Positions 62,929 to 64,000 of a stretch of 64,000 nucleotides of DNA are shown here, piece by piece (within the stretch, counting starts at the first letter, position 1; the number at the start of each line of letters is the position of its first letter). The position numbers and the translations under genes were made by a program. Location of the stretch: contig DAHVLU010000024.1 in NCBI GenBank assembly GCA_027320175.1, positions 16,349 to 80,348 on the forward strand, given 5' to 3'. Under the pieces are notes generated by a model. The model did no database searches. It worked only from the letters and a program-made list of their open reading frames with translations, and had not been told where the DNA came from. This stretch comes from Nitrososphaerota archaeon (lineage in GTDB: Archaea; Thermoproteota; Nitrososphaeria; Nitrososphaerales; Gagatemarchaeaceae).

Positions 62929-63720
62929 TTATGGCCGAGGCACGGTGACTTCCCCTAGCTGTACCTGATTTTTAGTCAGAACACCGACATACAGCGGCCC
63001 CCTGGCTCTGATGAAACGCTCGACCCGCCACCCCGTCCCGGTGACGATCTCTTCCATCTCTCTTGGCGAGACCAGCAGGTAGTCGAACCACTCCCCCACA
63101 TGGGCCCTGTATCTTATCCGCATCCTAATCTGTCCCGCCATCCTTCCCCTGGCCCTGTTCCAGCGCTGATACCGGAGATGGTCTGGGTTGTCAGTCTTGT
63201 ACGGGTCCACGCTCGAGCAGATGATGACGGCGTCCTTGGACGTCATGGCCCACAGTTTCTTCAGCAGGCGTCTCGCCTTGTTCCTGTTGCCGAAGAGACC
63301 AAAATTGTTGCCATACATGATCACGGTTTCGAACGACCCAGAGGCGAAGGCGATATCTTCGAACGCCATCAGGCGCGTCCTCCTGATGCCCCGGGCCCTG
63401 GCCACTCTGAGGGTGAGCGGCGAGCTGTCGACACCGAGTACTTCGAGTTTTCTATACCTCTGCAGATAGAGCGCCACCCTACCCGCGCCGCATCCGACGT
63501 CGAGGACTCTGCCCTTTGCGAAGACGATTCCCTTCCTCTCGACGGAGTCCCAGTCTTTCAGCGGGGCGAAGTACCCCTGGGGGAGGGTCTCGGAGGGGTC
63601 GATTAGGCCGTCCTCCCTTTCCACGGTCTCGTGCCCCTCGCGTCGAGTGAAGTAGTCCCAGACCTCGTGGCCGTAGGCGTCGGCGTCGACACGTCTCAAC
63701 AGGGTAGGAGCACTGCCCAC
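62929..63720 (-). CDS. Class I SAM-dependent methyltransferase
   Basis: VLDVGCGAGRVALYL motif I; FETVIMYGNNFG post-motif. Confidence 0.8.
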   Translation of the reverse strand: MGSAPTLLRRVDADAYGHEVWDYFTRREGHETVEREDGLIDPSETLPQGYFAPLKDWDSVERKGIVFAKGRVLDVGCGAGRVALYLQRYRKLEVLGVDSSPLTLRVARARGIRRTRLMAFEDIAFASGSFETVIMYGNNFGLFGNRNKARRLLKKLWAMTSKDAVIICSSVDPYKTDNPDHLRYQRWNRARGRMAGQIRMRIRYRAHVGEWFDYLLVSPREMEEIVTGTGWRVERFIRARGPLYVGVLTKNQVQLGEVTVPRP

Positions 63721-63805
63721 GACGCTATCAACCTTGACCCGAGGGGTCGTCCGCTCCGCCAGCCTCGACTACACGCTTTTCCGTCGTCAATCTCGCACCG
63801 CCGCC

Positions 63806-64000
63806 ATGGGCACCTCCGGGGTGATGTTCGACTGGGACGGGGTCCTGATGGATTCCCTCGGGGCGAGCTTCAACGTCTACAACAAGATCTTCGCCAAGCT
63901 CGGAGTCAGAGAGCTCACAAAGGCGGAGTTTCTCGAGTTCCAGAGCCCTAACTGGTACGAGTTCTATGAGAGAATAGGGCTCCCCGAACGCTTTTGGAAA
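63806..64000 (+). CDS. HAD-superfamily hydrolase (3' end outside window)
   Basis: MGTSGVMFDWDGVLMDS carries the DxDGV-type HAD motif I. The frame is open to the window end. Confidence 0.7.
   Translation, partial: MGTSGVMFDWDGVLMDSLGASFNVYNKIFAKLGVRELTKAEFLEFQSPNWYEFYERIGLPERFWK

Overview
High-GC, gene-dense archaeal chromosome segment. It encodes PolD DP1/DP2, Orc1/Cdc6, PriS, GINS, PCNA, AglB, GGGP synthase, Rpo4/Rpo11/TFS, L21e/L10e/L44e/S27e, aIF2-alpha and Nop10. TATA boxes sit about 25-30 nt upstream of many start codons, so many transcripts look leaderless. An Elf1 homologue together with PolD tentatively suggests a TACK/Thaumarchaeota-like lineage. Most of the window is core information processing and housekeeping (SRP54, Pus10, KsgA, Dph2, Csl4, topoisomerase IA, XPD, Tmk, ThyX, GlyA, GcvHT, CofE, ABC transporter, two tRNAs). 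Main hunt result: the conserved PriS-GINS-PCNA-L44e-S27e-aIF2alpha-Nop10 cluster is interrupted between PCNA and L44e by a ~4 kb stretch with lower GC3. That stretch carries an 824-aa ORF whose C-terminal ~265 aa reads as a Cas1-type catalytic domain with Glu/His/Asp positions intact. The domain is fused to a ~550-aa N-terminal region with HTH/wHTH-like segments and CxxC pairs. The ORF is divergently transcribed from a PD-(D/E)xK-like nuclease and two paralogous zinc-ribbon-HNH nucleases. I see no Cas2, Cas4, CRISPR array or adjacent polymerase, so the locus fits neither a CRISPR adaptation module nor a classical casposon. Other notable items are a tightly overlapped four-gene operon (zinc-ribbon RecA-like protein without a P-loop, two paralogous ~88-aa proteins, a family-B polymerase with degenerate exonuclease and polymerase motifs) and a cluster of origin recognition boxes ~2 kb from orc1/cdc6. 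There is also a TFS gene whose N-terminal zinc ribbon lies upstream of any canonical start, an intron-containing type-II tRNA, a tandem ThyX-like/ThyX pair, and a lower-GC accessory stretch after the origin (VapBC, orphan genes, a decayed partial duplication). All calls come from reading the translations and sequence by eye; no searches were run.
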